NCBI GenBank assembly: GCA_013152895.1
Contig: JAADFN010000104.1
Location: 1 to 59,641, forward strand
Direction of reading: 5' to 3'
DNA from: Acidobacteriota bacterium
GTDB taxonomy: Bacteria > Acidobacteriota > Thermoanaerobaculia > Thermoanaerobaculales > Sulfomarinibacteraceae
DNA length: 59,641 nt
The notes under the pieces were generated by a model, which saw only the letters and a list, made by a program, of their open reading frames with translations, made no database searches and was not told the origin of the DNA. The number at the start of each line of letters is the position of its first letter. Position 1 is the first letter of the stretch. The translations under genes were made by a program, and so were the position numbers. Positions 1-9,113 of this stretch are shown here, one piece after another.

Positions 1-14
1 GTACTTGAAAACAA

Positions 15-91
15 TGGTGCGCCCGGCGCGATTCGAACGCGCGGCCTTCAGATCCGGAGTCTGACGCTCTATCCAGCTGAGCTACGGGCGC
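15..91 (-). tRNA. tRNA-Arg (anticodon CCG)
   Basis: The reverse complement reads GCGCCCGTAGCTCAGCTGGATAGAGCGTCAGACTCCGGATCTGAAGG...GTTCGAATC...CGGGCGCACCA. It has a 7-bp acceptor stem, anticodon loop CTCCGGA and an encoded CCA. Confidence 0.95.
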
Positions 92-94
92 ACA

Positions 95-170
95 TGGGGT
101 GGGCGATGGGATTCGAACCCACGGCCACAGGAGCCACAATCCTGTGCTCTACCATCTGAGCTACGCCCAC
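95..170 (-). tRNA. tRNA-His (anticodon GTG)
   Basis: The reverse complement reads GTGGGCGTAGCTCAGATGGTAGAGCACAGGATTGTGGCTCCTG...GGGTTCGAATCCC...CCCACCCCA. It has anticodon loop TTGTGGC, the extra 5' G(-1) typical of tRNA-His and an encoded CCA. Confidence 0.95.
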
Positions 171-184
171 CGTACCTGTTGATC

Positions 185-261
185 TGGTCCGCCTGAGAGG
201 ACTCGAACCTCTGACCCACGGATTAGAAGTCCGTTGCTCTATCCTGCTGAGCTACAGGCGG
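185..261 (-). tRNA. tRNA-Arg (anticodon TCT)
   Basis: The reverse complement reads CCGCCTGTAGCTCAGCAGGATAGAGCAACGGACTTCTAATCCGT...GGTTCGAGTCC...CAGGCGGACCA. It has anticodon stem ACGGA/TCCGT and loop CTTCTAA. Confidence 0.93.
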
Positions 262-282
262 GTCGTGTGGCTCCGTTCGGGA

Positions 283-359
<77 letters not shown>

Positions 360-417
360 ATCTCAGGTTCCCTCATGTGCCTTTACCAAAGAACAACCGC
401 CCAAATAGCGGAGGCTG

Positions 418-447
418 AGTATACGGACCTGCCCGGGGAAGTGTCAA
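418..447 (-). promoter_or_regulatory. Sigma-70-type promoter for the tRNA Pro-Arg-His-Arg cluster
   Basis: The minus strand reads TTGACA (447..442), an 18-nt spacer, then TATACT (423..418), about 60 nt upstream of the tRNA-Pro 5' end. The -35 hexamer overlaps the rph stop codon. Confidence 0.5.
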
Positions 448-1190
448 GGAAGTGAAACACCAACGGCGGCGAGGCGTTCGGCGACGGCCGCGCGCTGTTT
501 GGCCATGACCGCCTGTGCCCCGACCGATCCGGCCGAGACCATCCCCATCAGCTGCTCGGGGCGAAACACCTCGCCCTCGGCCGTTCCCTGCACCTCGACC
601 AGCTCGCCGTTGCCGGTGAAAACGAGATTGAGATCGACGTCGCAGTCGAGATCCTCGCCGTAGTCGAGGTCCACCATGGCCCGGCCGTGCACCAGGCCGA
701 CGGAGACCGCCGCGATCTGCCGCACGAGCGGCCACTCCTGAAGCAGTCCCTGTTCGGCCATGCGCGCCAGCGCGAGTGTGACCGCCACCCAGGCCCCGGA
801 GACCGCCGCCGTTCGCGTCGAGCCGTCCGCCTGCAGGACGTCGCAGTCGACCTGCAAGGTTCGCTCCCCCAGCAGGTCCCTGCGAACCGCTGCGCGCAGA
901 GAACGGCCAATCAGGCGCTGGATTTCCTGGCTCCGCCCCGAGGGCCGCCCGCGGTTGACCTCCCGCTCGGTCCGTTCTTCGGTGGCGCGCGGGAGCATGG
1001 CGTACTCCGCCGTCAGCCAGCCCTCGCCCGTACCCCGCAGGAATCCGGCCGTCCGGTCCAGCAGGGACACGTTGCACAGCACGATGGTATCGCCCGCCCG
1101 GTAGAGCACGCTGCCCTCGGGGTACCGGATGAAACCGGTTTCGATGGTGACGGGACGGATCTCTCCCGCCCCCCTGCCGTCAGATCGCAT
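444..1190 (-). CDS. rph: Ribonuclease PH
   Basis: This is a 248-aa ORF with its ATG checked at 1190. It shows RNase PH-family sequence MRSDGRGAGEIRPV...GSVLYRAGDT...GRPSGRSQEIQRLIGRSLR. Confidence 0.93.
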   Translation of the reverse strand: MRSDGRGAGEIRPVTIETGFIRYPEGSVLYRAGDTIVLCNVSLLDRTAGFLRGTGEGWLTAEYAMLPRATEERTEREVNRGRPSGRSQEIQRLIGRSLRAAVRRDLLGERTLQVDCDVLQADGSTRTAAVSGAWVAVTLALARMAEQGLLQEWPLVRQIAAVSVGLVHGRAMVDLDYGEDLDCDVDLNLVFTGNGELVEVQGTAEGEVFRPEQLMGMVSAGSVGAQAVMAKQRAAVAERLAAVGVSLP

Positions 1191-1272
1191 CGTTCCTCCA
1201 ACCCGCAGCTCCCGTACGGACGCCGCAATGGACCGTCAGTATATCCTTGCCCGCCTCACGACCGGAGCTCCG

Positions 1273-2097
1273 TTAGTCAGATCCCCCGGGATCGAGATGG
1301 ACGACCTCGAGATGTTCCGGGGTGCCTCCAAGGATGTTCCGGGCGACCTTGAGGAAGTGTTCGGAGGCGTCGGTCAGGTGGATGAAGATCTCGCCGCGGC
1401 CGTGGCCGCCGGGCTCGAGCAGGGAGGGGTACGACTCCGCCACGGCATCGGCGACGCTGGACGCGGAATCAACAAGCTTCACACCCGGACCGGCGGTACG
1501 TTTCAACGAGGGGATGAGCAAGGGGTAGTGGGTACAGCCGAGGATCAGGGCCTGTGCGCCCCACTCCAGGAGCGGTGTCAGATAGGTCTGCGCGACCTGG
1601 TCGGTGATCGGATGATCGCCCCATCCCTCCTCGGCGAGAGGTACGAAGAGCGGGCAGGCGACGCCGCGCACGCTGACGGCGCCGTCAAGGCGGGCCAGCG
1701 CGCGCTGGTACGATCCCGAACGGATGGTTCCCTCCGTTCCGATCACGCCGATGCGGTGGACGCCGAGGGCAAGGGCGGCCCGCACGCCGGGCTCCACGAC
1801 GCCGGCCACGGGAACGGGTGACGCCTCGATGAGTTGGGCAAGGGCGAACGATGTCGCCGTGTTGCACGCGACCACGAGCAGCTTGACGCCGTGACGCAGC
1901 AGGTGGGTGGCAGCCTTGAGTGCGTACCTTTGCACGGTTCCCGCAGACTTTGTGCCGTACGGCAACCGCGCGGTGTCACCGAGATAGAGGAACGATTCGC
2001 CGGGCAGCCTGCGGTGCAGGGCGCTGAGAACTGTCAAGCCCCCGACGCCGGAATCGAAGATCCCGATGGGACGGCGGGCGGCGATTCGTTCCCTCAT
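1273..2097 (-). CDS. murI: Glutamate racemase
   Basis: Motifs are IGIFDSGVGGLTVL, VVACNTA and LGCTHYPL. The ORF-track start at 2214 is trimmed to the ATG at 2097, which forms an ATGA overlap with the stop of the upstream gene. Confidence 0.9.
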   Translation of the reverse strand: MRERIAARRPIGIFDSGVGGLTVLSALHRRLPGESFLYLGDTARLPYGTKSAGTVQRYALKAATHLLRHGVKLLVVACNTATSFALAQLIEASPVPVAGVVEPGVRAALALGVHRIGVIGTEGTIRSGSYQRALARLDGAVSVRGVACPLFVPLAEEGWGDHPITDQVAQTYLTPLLEWGAQALILGCTHYPLLIPSLKRTAGPGVKLVDSASSVADAVAESYPSLLEPGGHGRGEIFIHLTDASEHFLKVARNILGGTPEHLEVVHLDPGGSD

Positions 2098-2654
2098 TGC
2101 GCCGCGATGAACGACTTGTTGAGCGCGAGCGGCCGGGAGAGGTCGAGGTGGCCCGTCAGGGTCTGGACTTCGTGATCGTCGAAGAGCAGCTGCACGCCCT
2201 TGAGCTCCTGGCAATTCAGCAGCACGGAGTCGACGATGCTGTAGGCCAGCATGAGCTCGTTGAAGCTGCCGGTCAGCGGCTGTGGAGGGCTGCTCAGATC
2301 GACGTACGCGTTGCCCCTGCCATCGATGAAAACGTCGAGGAGCCGGGCCGGGTACCCGGCGACGGGAAGCAACCGTGCCGTCGGTCCGGCAAGAAGTTGC
2401 GAGACGATGACCCGGACGCGCTGGTTGAGCTCGGCCGGCAACGGAACGGTGCGCAGCTCGGGGTGAAGCGCCCCGTCCGTTCCCGGAAAGAGAAGCATGA
2501 CGCGCGTTTCCGGTGCGGGTGTCGGCGTCGGCGCGGGTACCGGCGTCAGCGATGCCGTGGTTTTCCTGGCGAAACCGCCCGGCCTGAGAGCCCAGAACGC
2601 GATGGCGGCCAGCGCGACCAGCACGGCGACGATGAGAAGGACGCGCCGGATCAT
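2094..2654 (-). CDS. GerMN domain-containing envelope protein
   Basis: It has an N-terminal hydrophobic anchor (MIRRVLLIVAVLVALAAIAF), a Pro/Thr linker and a GerMN-like domain (LHPELRTVPLP...VIVSQLLAGP...VFIDGRGNAYVDLS). It is ATGA-coupled to the amidase upstream and to murI downstream. Confidence 0.7.
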   Translation of the reverse strand: MIRRVLLIVAVLVALAAIAFWALRPGGFARKTTASLTPVPAPTPTPAPETRVMLLFPGTDGALHPELRTVPLPAELNQRVRVIVSQLLAGPTARLLPVAGYPARLLDVFIDGRGNAYVDLSSPPQPLTGSFNELMLAYSIVDSVLLNCQELKGVQLLFDDHEVQTLTGHLDLSRPLALNKSFIAAQ

Positions 2655-4087
2655 GAGCTCGACCGGAGGAACTCCTCGATCCCGCGGGCGAGCGCTTCCG
2701 CGAGGCGTTGCCGGTACGCAGGATCCGCGAGCTGGCCAGCCTCCGCCGGATTGGAGAGGAATCCCATTTCGACTAAGACCGCGGGCATCGTGGCGCCGGT
2801 CAGGACGACGAACGGCGCCTGCTTGACGCCGCGGTCAGGCAGGTCGAGGAAGCTGTTCAGCTGCCGCTGGATATCGAGCGCCAGCAGCGCGCTGCGGTTG
2901 AGCACCCGCGCCTGCGCCATGTCCCAGAGGATAAGGTCGAGCTGCGAGCCGCCGCGGCGTCCGGGGGCGCCGGCCGCGTTTTCCTTGCGCGCCGTCTCGG
3001 CAGCGTGCGCGTCCGTGGCGTCGTGCAGGCTCATGTAGTAGGTCTCGGCGCCCCGGACCGAGCTGACCGTCGAGGCGTTCGCGTGCAGCGAGATGAACGC
3101 GACGGCGTCGAGCCGGTTGGCCAGCGCGGTGCGGTCCGTCAACGCGCGCGTCTCGTCGCCCGCTCGCGTCAGGCGGACCACGTACCCATCCCGCTTGAGA
3201 AGCGTCGCAAGACGCGTGGCAACGGCCAGTGAAACGACCTTTTCCTCCAGACCGGAGGCCGAGACGGCGCCGGAATCGGCCCCCCCATGCCCCGGGTCGA
3301 TGACGATCGTTGGACGTTTCGGCTTTCGAGCCCGCGCGACCGGCGTCGGGACCGGCGTTGGCGGGCGACGTCCGACCTCCACGATGACGCGGTCAGGACC
3401 GGTCAGCTGGTGCGAGGCGAGCAGGCCCTGGCCGGGAGCCAGCTCGATCTTGAGCGTATTGGCCGCGGCTCGGATCGCCACGATGCGGCGGGACCTCATC
3501 GGGAGGGAGCCGTCAAGCTGGGGCCGGGCATCCGAGAAGTGAACGAGGAGCTCCCGGCCGGCGCCGGCCGTGACCGTGACCGCTACGTGCCGGCTCAGCG
3601 TCAGGACGAGCGTCGTCGTCGTCCCGAAATCCGCCGCCGCCGCACGAACGGTGACGACGGGCGCCACCATGGCGCCCGGGGCAATTCTGTAGCCAGCTCC
3701 CGAGCGTTCGAGGTGGTACGCAAAGGGGCTCAGAATGACCCGGTCGAGATAGCTCTCGGAAACGGCGATCCCGCCCGGCGAGACGACCGCCGCGTCGTTC
3801 GTCTTCTCCAGCTCACCATCGACGAGGGCGAATCTCACCTGCGGTGTGATCTGGATTTGATGGTTCCCAAGCTGGATGACGTAGGTCCCCGCCGCCTGGG
3901 AATACCCGGCCTGGGCGCCGATCAGCTGCAACACGGGCATCAGCTCGATGCGCGACCCGAAACGGGGCACCTGCGCCACGTTCCCGTCAAAGGAAAACGT
4001 GACGGTTCCCGCCGGCTGAGCCTGCGCCGGCAACGCGGCGAGAAACAGAACTACAAGAAGAGCCAGGATATGTGTGATGCTTCGCAT
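2651..4087 (-). CDS. N-acetylmuramoyl-L-alanine amidase (Amidase_3 family, AmiC-like)
   Basis: A signal peptide (MRSITHILALLVVLFLAALPAQA) starts at the ATG at 4087. The C-terminal catalytic domain carries IVIDPGHGGADSGA and FISLHANA. The longer ORF-track start at 4240 would read through ssrA. Confidence 0.88.
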   Translation of the reverse strand: MRSITHILALLVVLFLAALPAQAQPAGTVTFSFDGNVAQVPRFGSRIELMPVLQLIGAQAGYSQAAGTYVIQLGNHQIQITPQVRFALVDGELEKTNDAAVVSPGGIAVSESYLDRVILSPFAYHLERSGAGYRIAPGAMVAPVVTVRAAAADFGTTTTLVLTLSRHVAVTVTAGAGRELLVHFSDARPQLDGSLPMRSRRIVAIRAAANTLKIELAPGQGLLASHQLTGPDRVIVEVGRRPPTPVPTPVARARKPKRPTIVIDPGHGGADSGAVSASGLEEKVVSLAVATRLATLLKRDGYVVRLTRAGDETRALTDRTALANRLDAVAFISLHANASTVSSVRGAETYYMSLHDATDAHAAETARKENAAGAPGRRGGSQLDLILWDMAQARVLNRSALLALDIQRQLNSFLDLPDRGVKQAPFVVLTGATMPAVLVEMGFLSNPAEAGQLADPAYRQRLAEALARGIEEFLRSSS

Positions 4088-4096
4088 ATAAAAACA

Positions 4097-4446
4097 TGGT
4101 GGAGGCGGTGGGAGTCGAACCCACGTCCGAGGAACTCCGGCCATCGGTATCTCCGTGCGCAGCCCGTTGATTAAATCTCGTCCCTCCGGAGGGCAAAACG
4201 GGCACCCCACCGTCGGAACCAGCCCGTATATCTTAGCCATCGCTTCCGGGCGCCACGATAGCGCAGCCTGCCAAACGTCGCCAACCCCAGACCGGCAGGC
4301 GGAGCCTCGGGGCCGGCGTGGCTACCTAGGCAGCCAGTGCGTATTCAGCGTTGGCAGCTGTAAGCTTCCACCTGTTTTACGAGGCGATGGACCTCGGCAC
4401 GCTGCCAATGGCCGGACTTGTTCCCCGTCGAACCCGGTACGCCCCC
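4097..4446 (-). ncRNA. ssrA: tmRNA (transfer-messenger RNA)
   Basis: The reverse complement starts GGGGGCGTACCGGGTTCGACGGGG and ends GTGGGTTCGACTCCCACCGCCTCCACCA. An internal tag frame GCT GCC AAC GCT GAA TAC GCA CTG GCT GCC TAG, encoding A(A)NAEYALAA, lies at 4326..4358. Confidence 0.95.
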
Positions 4447-4528
4447 AAGTTCTACGGTCTCACGGATAGTATAGCATCATGCCCTTCATCCCGCTTCGCC
4501 CGCACGGGAGGACCACGGCCACTCCCCG

Positions 4529-6844
4529 TTACTCCGGCGCACGGTGCGGGGCTGCGAGGAAGGCGCCGACGTACCCCTCGCGGTGCCGGATTGAACGCAT
4601 CGGGATGCTCGCGCCATCACTCTCCCGGCGAAGCCCGTCGTAAATCTGCATGAGCTCGCGGCGGTTCCGGAAGAGCCAGGCTTCCAACGGTTCCGCCTTC
4701 CCCAAACCGGGGGGCTTGAGCGGCACTTCGATCGCATCGAGGAGCATGTCGTCCCCGTCCCGGTACCGGCCGAAGAGCCAATGTCTCCGGGCGTCCTGGT
4801 CGAAGTAGGTGACGACCACGAGATCGCGGGGCACGCCGGCCGCCGCTTCGCCGGTCTCCTCGGCCTTGGGCGTGGCGAGGCGCCGCAACAGATCGAGCAG
4901 CGCGCCGGCATGCTCCGGCGGTGCGTCGGCGGGGGGTGAGCCGCGCCAGGGCATCGCCTCGATGATCTCCAGCGGCCGCAGGCCCTTGAGGTGAGCGACG
5001 CCAACGAAGCGAAGTCCCACGAAGATGCCGAGAGGATCCTCATCGGGCAAACCGACGACCGCCCATCGCAGTCCGACGGCTTCGGCGGGCACGCTCCGGA
5101 CGGCCGGAATCTCGCGGGCAAGCTCCTCGACGAACGCCGGCGTCAGCACGATCCCCTCGTTGATCAGCTCGCCGTTACGGTCGATACGGACCGTGAAGCT
5201 CCGTGGATCACCGTCGGGAGCGCCAGAACGCGCCCGGAGCAGGGGCGCCAGGAAGTCGTCGACGAGCTTCGGGTTGTATCCCGAGTGAATCAGGTGCTCG
5301 GCGATCTCCTCGATCTCGCGCGTGCTCTTGCCGGTGGTCAGGCGGAGCAGCTCGACGATGCCGTGTCCGAAGAACTCGAACCGGCTGGCCTGGCCACGCT
5401 CATCGGTCATCATCGGGAGCAGCTGGTACGTTCCGAAGTTGACCGCAATCCGGATCCCCTTCGAGAACGGGAACCCGTTTTTCCGAAGCGTGTCATAAAG
5501 TTGCTGAATCTCGCACGCTGCGGCGAGCACCCGGGCCGCTCTCCTGGAGGAGTAGAACGCACCGTCTCCCAGAAACTTCTCAAACGTCAGCCGGCGGCGG
5601 CGCCGGATGTCGTTGAGACGCTCCTGGAAGATGTACATGAAACGCAGCGCCTGCTCTTCGGCCCGGTGGCCGTGCTTACGGATCTCTTCCAGGGTCTGGG
5701 TGAAGTTGGTCAGGTCGTAGACCAGGCCGAAGCGCTGCACCGCGGAGTCGATGACGCCGGGCCGAAAGAAATCCATCGGCCGCGTCGACGGGGAGATGGT
5801 GAAGGTGGGACGGCGCGAGACCACGGTCAACGTGCCATCGACAGCCGAGACGTCCACGACATGCCGTCTGACGGCCGCGATCACCTCGAACCGCTTGAGA
5901 CGCTTGCCAAGATCGGTGTACAGGTCGGCGAGCCGGGCCGGCACGTCGATGCGTTCCAACAGGTCCATGGCGCGAGCCACCGTCCACAGCCTTGGCTCGA
6001 GGAACGCTCTCTCTCCGGAAAGCTCAATGGCGCCGGTGGCGGCCAGGAACGCGCCGCGGAGCTCGGCCCGCTTCGCAAGCACGTCCGCCAGACGGAGCAG
6101 CGCCGACTCCCCACGCCCGAGCACGTCCTTGCCATTGATTCCGTACCGCACACCCACGTAGGACGCCAGCGTCAGCGGGTCCCTCGGCAGGTCGATCCTG
6201 GCCAGGGGCAACAGGTCCATCGTGATCACGGGAAGGAGATGCGATCGGCGCATCAGCCCCGTCTGGGCCAGGGAATGAAGACGCCTCGACGCCTCCTTGC
6301 CAGCTTCGTCGAGGAGGCTCGCGAACGACCTGGCGACGAGGAAGCGGATCTTCTCACCGTGTTTTCTGGCCATGGCGGCATTTTCCCTGGCCACGATCCG
6401 TGGAACCTTCGCGACGGCTTCAGCGACGTGCCAGCTGAGCGCGAGGACGAGGATTTCGAACAGACCTCGTCCGTAATCGCTGAGAAGAGCGTTCTCCATG
6501 ACGAGCGTCACCTGCTGGAGCAGATCGGCACGGATACTCGTGAGCTCCTCGTTCCTCTCCCGGTTACCCAGGACGAGCTGCACCTGGTGGGCCGCCTGGG
6601 CTGCCGCATGCTCCCCAAGCTTCCTGCGAAGCCGTGTGGAAGCTTCCGTCACGGCAACCGGATACCCGTATGCCAGGATCTGTTCCTCGTCCGCGGCAAA
6701 GATCGGGTACGGCGGGGGAATCGAGGCCGCCAGCTCGGGGAAGAGCTCCTTCCAACGCCCCCCCGCCTCCTCCGCCGTCAGGTAGAGCGGCAAGCGGAGA
6801 TCCCGTGCGAGGATCTCTTCCAGCGGCGAGCGGCGTAACGTCAC
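4529..6844 (-). CDS. Large uncharacterised protein with a central class III nucleotidyl-cyclase-homology-like domain
   Basis: This 771-aa ORF has a GTG start at 6844 that overlaps the comM stop as GTGA. Residues about 370-505 follow the cyclase-homology pattern (GLVYDLTNFT ... EKFLGDGAFY ... IRIAVNFGTYQLL ... FEFFGHGIVELLRL). The long N- and C-terminal regions carry no motif I recognise. Confidence 0.6.
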   Translation of the reverse strand: MTLRRSPLEEILARDLRLPLYLTAEEAGGRWKELFPELAASIPPPYPIFAADEEQILAYGYPVAVTEASTRLRRKLGEHAAAQAAHQVQLVLGNRERNEELTSIRADLLQQVTLVMENALLSDYGRGLFEILVLALSWHVAEAVAKVPRIVARENAAMARKHGEKIRFLVARSFASLLDEAGKEASRRLHSLAQTGLMRRSHLLPVITMDLLPLARIDLPRDPLTLASYVGVRYGINGKDVLGRGESALLRLADVLAKRAELRGAFLAATGAIELSGERAFLEPRLWTVARAMDLLERIDVPARLADLYTDLGKRLKRFEVIAAVRRHVVDVSAVDGTLTVVSRRPTFTISPSTRPMDFFRPGVIDSAVQRFGLVYDLTNFTQTLEEIRKHGHRAEEQALRFMYIFQERLNDIRRRRRLTFEKFLGDGAFYSSRRAARVLAAACEIQQLYDTLRKNGFPFSKGIRIAVNFGTYQLLPMMTDERGQASRFEFFGHGIVELLRLTTGKSTREIEEIAEHLIHSGYNPKLVDDFLAPLLRARSGAPDGDPRSFTVRIDRNGELINEGIVLTPAFVEELAREIPAVRSVPAEAVGLRWAVVGLPDEDPLGIFVGLRFVGVAHLKGLRPLEIIEAMPWRGSPPADAPPEHAGALLDLLRRLATPKAEETGEAAAGVPRDLVVVTYFDQDARRHWLFGRYRDGDDMLLDAIEVPLKPPGLGKAEPLEAWLFRNRRELMQIYDGLRRESDGASIPMRSIRHREGYVGAFLAAPHRAPE

Positions 6845-8418
6845 CTGATGATTGTAGCTGTCCTCGCCAGCTTTTCACTGGCGCCCGCTGGCTCTTGCCA
6901 GCGGTCCAGGGCCCGGTAGGAGATCGCCTCCGCGATGTGATGCGGCGCAACCCCATCTTCTCCAGCAAGATCGGCGATGGTCCGGGCCACGCGGAGCACC
7001 CTGTGAAACGCCCGCGCCGACAGGCCCAGGGAGGACGCCGCGCGCTCGAGAAGCACGCGGCCAGATGCGTCGGGCTCGGCCCAGCGCTTGATGTCGCGCG
7101 GACCCATCTCCGCGTTGCAACCCAGGCCCGTGGGCTCCATCCTTCGACGTTGCCTGGCGCGGGCATCGGTGACCCGCTGTGCAACGGCCGCGGATGGCTC
7201 GCCGCGCCTGCCCTCGGACAGGTCACGCCACGGAACTGCCGGAACCTGGACCTGGAGATCGATGCGGTCCGCCAGCGGTCCGGACAGGCGGCTGCGGTAC
7301 CGGTGGATCATCGCGGGCGTACAGGTGCAGGCGCGGCGATCATCCCCGAGGTGGCCACAGGGGCACGGATTCGTGGCAGCGATCAACTGGAAGCGGGAGG
7401 GGTACCGCGCCGCTCGCTGGGCGCGCGCCACGGTGACCTCGCCATCCTCGAGGGGCTGCCGCAACGATTCAAGGACATCGCGGCGAAACTCCGTCAGCTC
7501 GTCGAGGAACAGCACGCCGTTGTGGGCCAGGGAGACCTCGCCCGGCTGCGGGTTGCTGCCACCTCCGATCAACGCCGCTGCGGAGATCGTGTGGTGCGGA
7601 GAACGGAACGGACGCCTTACGAGCAGGCCCCTCGGCCGTGGAACCCTCGTGGAAACCGAGTACACGCACGTCGCCTCGAGCGCCTCGGGACCGGTCAAAG
7701 GGGGCAGGATTCCCGGCAGACGGCGGGCCAACATCGATTTCCCGCTTCCCGGGGGGCCGATGAACAACAGGTGATGCCCCCCGGCCGCCGCGATTTCGAG
7801 CGCCCGGCGGGCGTGTTCCTGCCCGATGACGTCCGCGAGATCGGGGCCGTGAAACGATGCCGGGCCGGGCTCGGATATCACCGCCTGGCGGCGTTCCAGG
7901 CGATCGCCGCCAGCGAGATGACGGACCACGGATCCCAGGGTTGGAGCGGGGTAGGCCTCGATACCCGTCACCACGGCGGCTTCCTCGGCGTTGCCCACCG
8001 GAACGATGACGGAACCGAGGCCACGATCGCGGGCGGCCAAGACCATCGGCAGGATACCGCGGGTTGGCAGGAGGTTCCCCTCCAGGGACAGCTCGCCAAG
8101 CAGGAGGCATCCTTCGGCAGCATCGGACGGGAGACCTGCCGCCGCGCCGAGCAGGGCGATCGCCATCGGAAGATCCAACGAGGCGCCCGCCTTGCGCTCA
8201 TCGGCCGGGGCGAGATTGATGACGATGTTGGCAGGCTCGGGCGGATGCCCCAAGTGACGGATGGCGGCGAAGATCCGCTCGCGGGCCTCACGGACCGCGG
8301 TATCGGCCATGCCGACGATCGTCACCGAGGGAAACTGGGACCGGATGCGGTCGACCTCGACGGTCACGAAGAGCGCACCGATCCCGCGGGGAATGGCGCC
8401 AAGGGCTCGGGAAAACAT
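6841..8418 (-). CDS. comM: YifB/ComM family Mg-chelatase-like AAA+ ATPase
   Basis: The N-terminus is MFSRALGAIPRGIGALFVTVEVD...TIVGMADTAVREARERI. The Walker A motif is FIGPPGSGKSM, followed by a C-terminal ChlI-like region. I chose the ATG at 8418 (alternatives at 8451 and 8460). The ORF-track start at 8898 would run through two tRNA-Ser genes and the SRP RNA. Confidence 0.9.
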   Translation of the reverse strand: MFSRALGAIPRGIGALFVTVEVDRIRSQFPSVTIVGMADTAVREARERIFAAIRHLGHPPEPANIVINLAPADERKAGASLDLPMAIALLGAAAGLPSDAAEGCLLLGELSLEGNLLPTRGILPMVLAARDRGLGSVIVPVGNAEEAAVVTGIEAYPAPTLGSVVRHLAGGDRLERRQAVISEPGPASFHGPDLADVIGQEHARRALEIAAAGGHHLLFIGPPGSGKSMLARRLPGILPPLTGPEALEATCVYSVSTRVPRPRGLLVRRPFRSPHHTISAAALIGGGSNPQPGEVSLAHNGVLFLDELTEFRRDVLESLRQPLEDGEVTVARAQRAARYPSRFQLIAATNPCPCGHLGDDRRACTCTPAMIHRYRSRLSGPLADRIDLQVQVPAVPWRDLSEGRRGEPSAAVAQRVTDARARQRRRMEPTGLGCNAEMGPRDIKRWAEPDASGRVLLERAASSLGLSARAFHRVLRVARTIADLAGEDGVAPHHIAEAISYRALDRWQEPAGASEKLARTATIIR

Positions 8419-8515
8419 CAGCAGCTCCTTTCGGAGCAGCGTGGTGGGCATCTCTAGCATGACACCGGTTCCCGCCGGCGTCAAGGACGCGTGACGTTGC
8501 GAAGAATCAAGGTTT

Positions 8516-8544
8516 GGGACATCGCTTTGAATATGGTGTAGAAT
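8516..8544 (+). promoter_or_regulatory. Candidate sigma-70 promoter for the tRNA-Ser/tRNA-Ser/SRP RNA cluster
   Basis: The sequence reads GGGACA (8516..8521), a 17-nt spacer, then TAGAAT (8539..8544), 15 nt upstream of the first tRNA-Ser. Confidence 0.35.
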
Positions 8545-8558
8545 ACCGCTCCCGTTGT

Positions 8559-8650
<92 letters not shown>

Positions 8651-8661
8651 CAAGTTGATCC

Positions 8662-8751
<90 letters not shown>

Positions 8752-8792
8752 CGGCCCGCATCGACCGCTGCATGTGGGTGAGAGCCGATGAC

Positions 8793-8919
8793 AGAGCCCA
8801 GCGTGGAGCCCGGGTCCTGCGCATCGCCGACCTCCGAACCGTGTCAGGCCCGGAAGGGAGCAGCACTTAGGGGGAACCCGGCGAGTGCCGCAGCTCACCT
8901 GGGCTCCACGCTGGGCTCT
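8793..8919 (+). ncRNA. ffs: Signal recognition particle RNA (small 4.5S-type)
   Basis: A 19-bp perfect terminal helix pairs AGAGCCCAGCGTGGAGCCC (8793..8811) with GGGCTCCACGCTGGGCTCT (8901..8919). It encloses the conserved domain IV sequence GTCAGGCCCGGAAGGGAGCAGC. The E. coli 4.5S equivalent is GGUCAGGUCCGGAAGGAAGCAGCC. Confidence 0.9.
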
Positions 8920-9113
8920 CCCGTTGCTTCCATCTTGCCGTGATCAGGTTGAGATGATCTCCCAGCACCGGGAACATGGTGTCGCGTCCTTCCGGGTTTT
9001 CCGAGACGCGACGTCCCTCCTTCATTCATCCGTACCGTACAAACGTGCGGCGAGCCCGCATGTCTCCCGCACTTTCGCTGCGGAATCGGGCCGTCTCGTA
9101 CTACCATGGTTCC

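Noticed and set aside
4097-8418. A genomic island inserted at ssrA or comM, both classic integration hot spots.
   Set aside because: There is no integrase, no duplicated 3' ssrA fragment and no compositional shift. The gene on the 3' side of ssrA is a core cell-wall operon.
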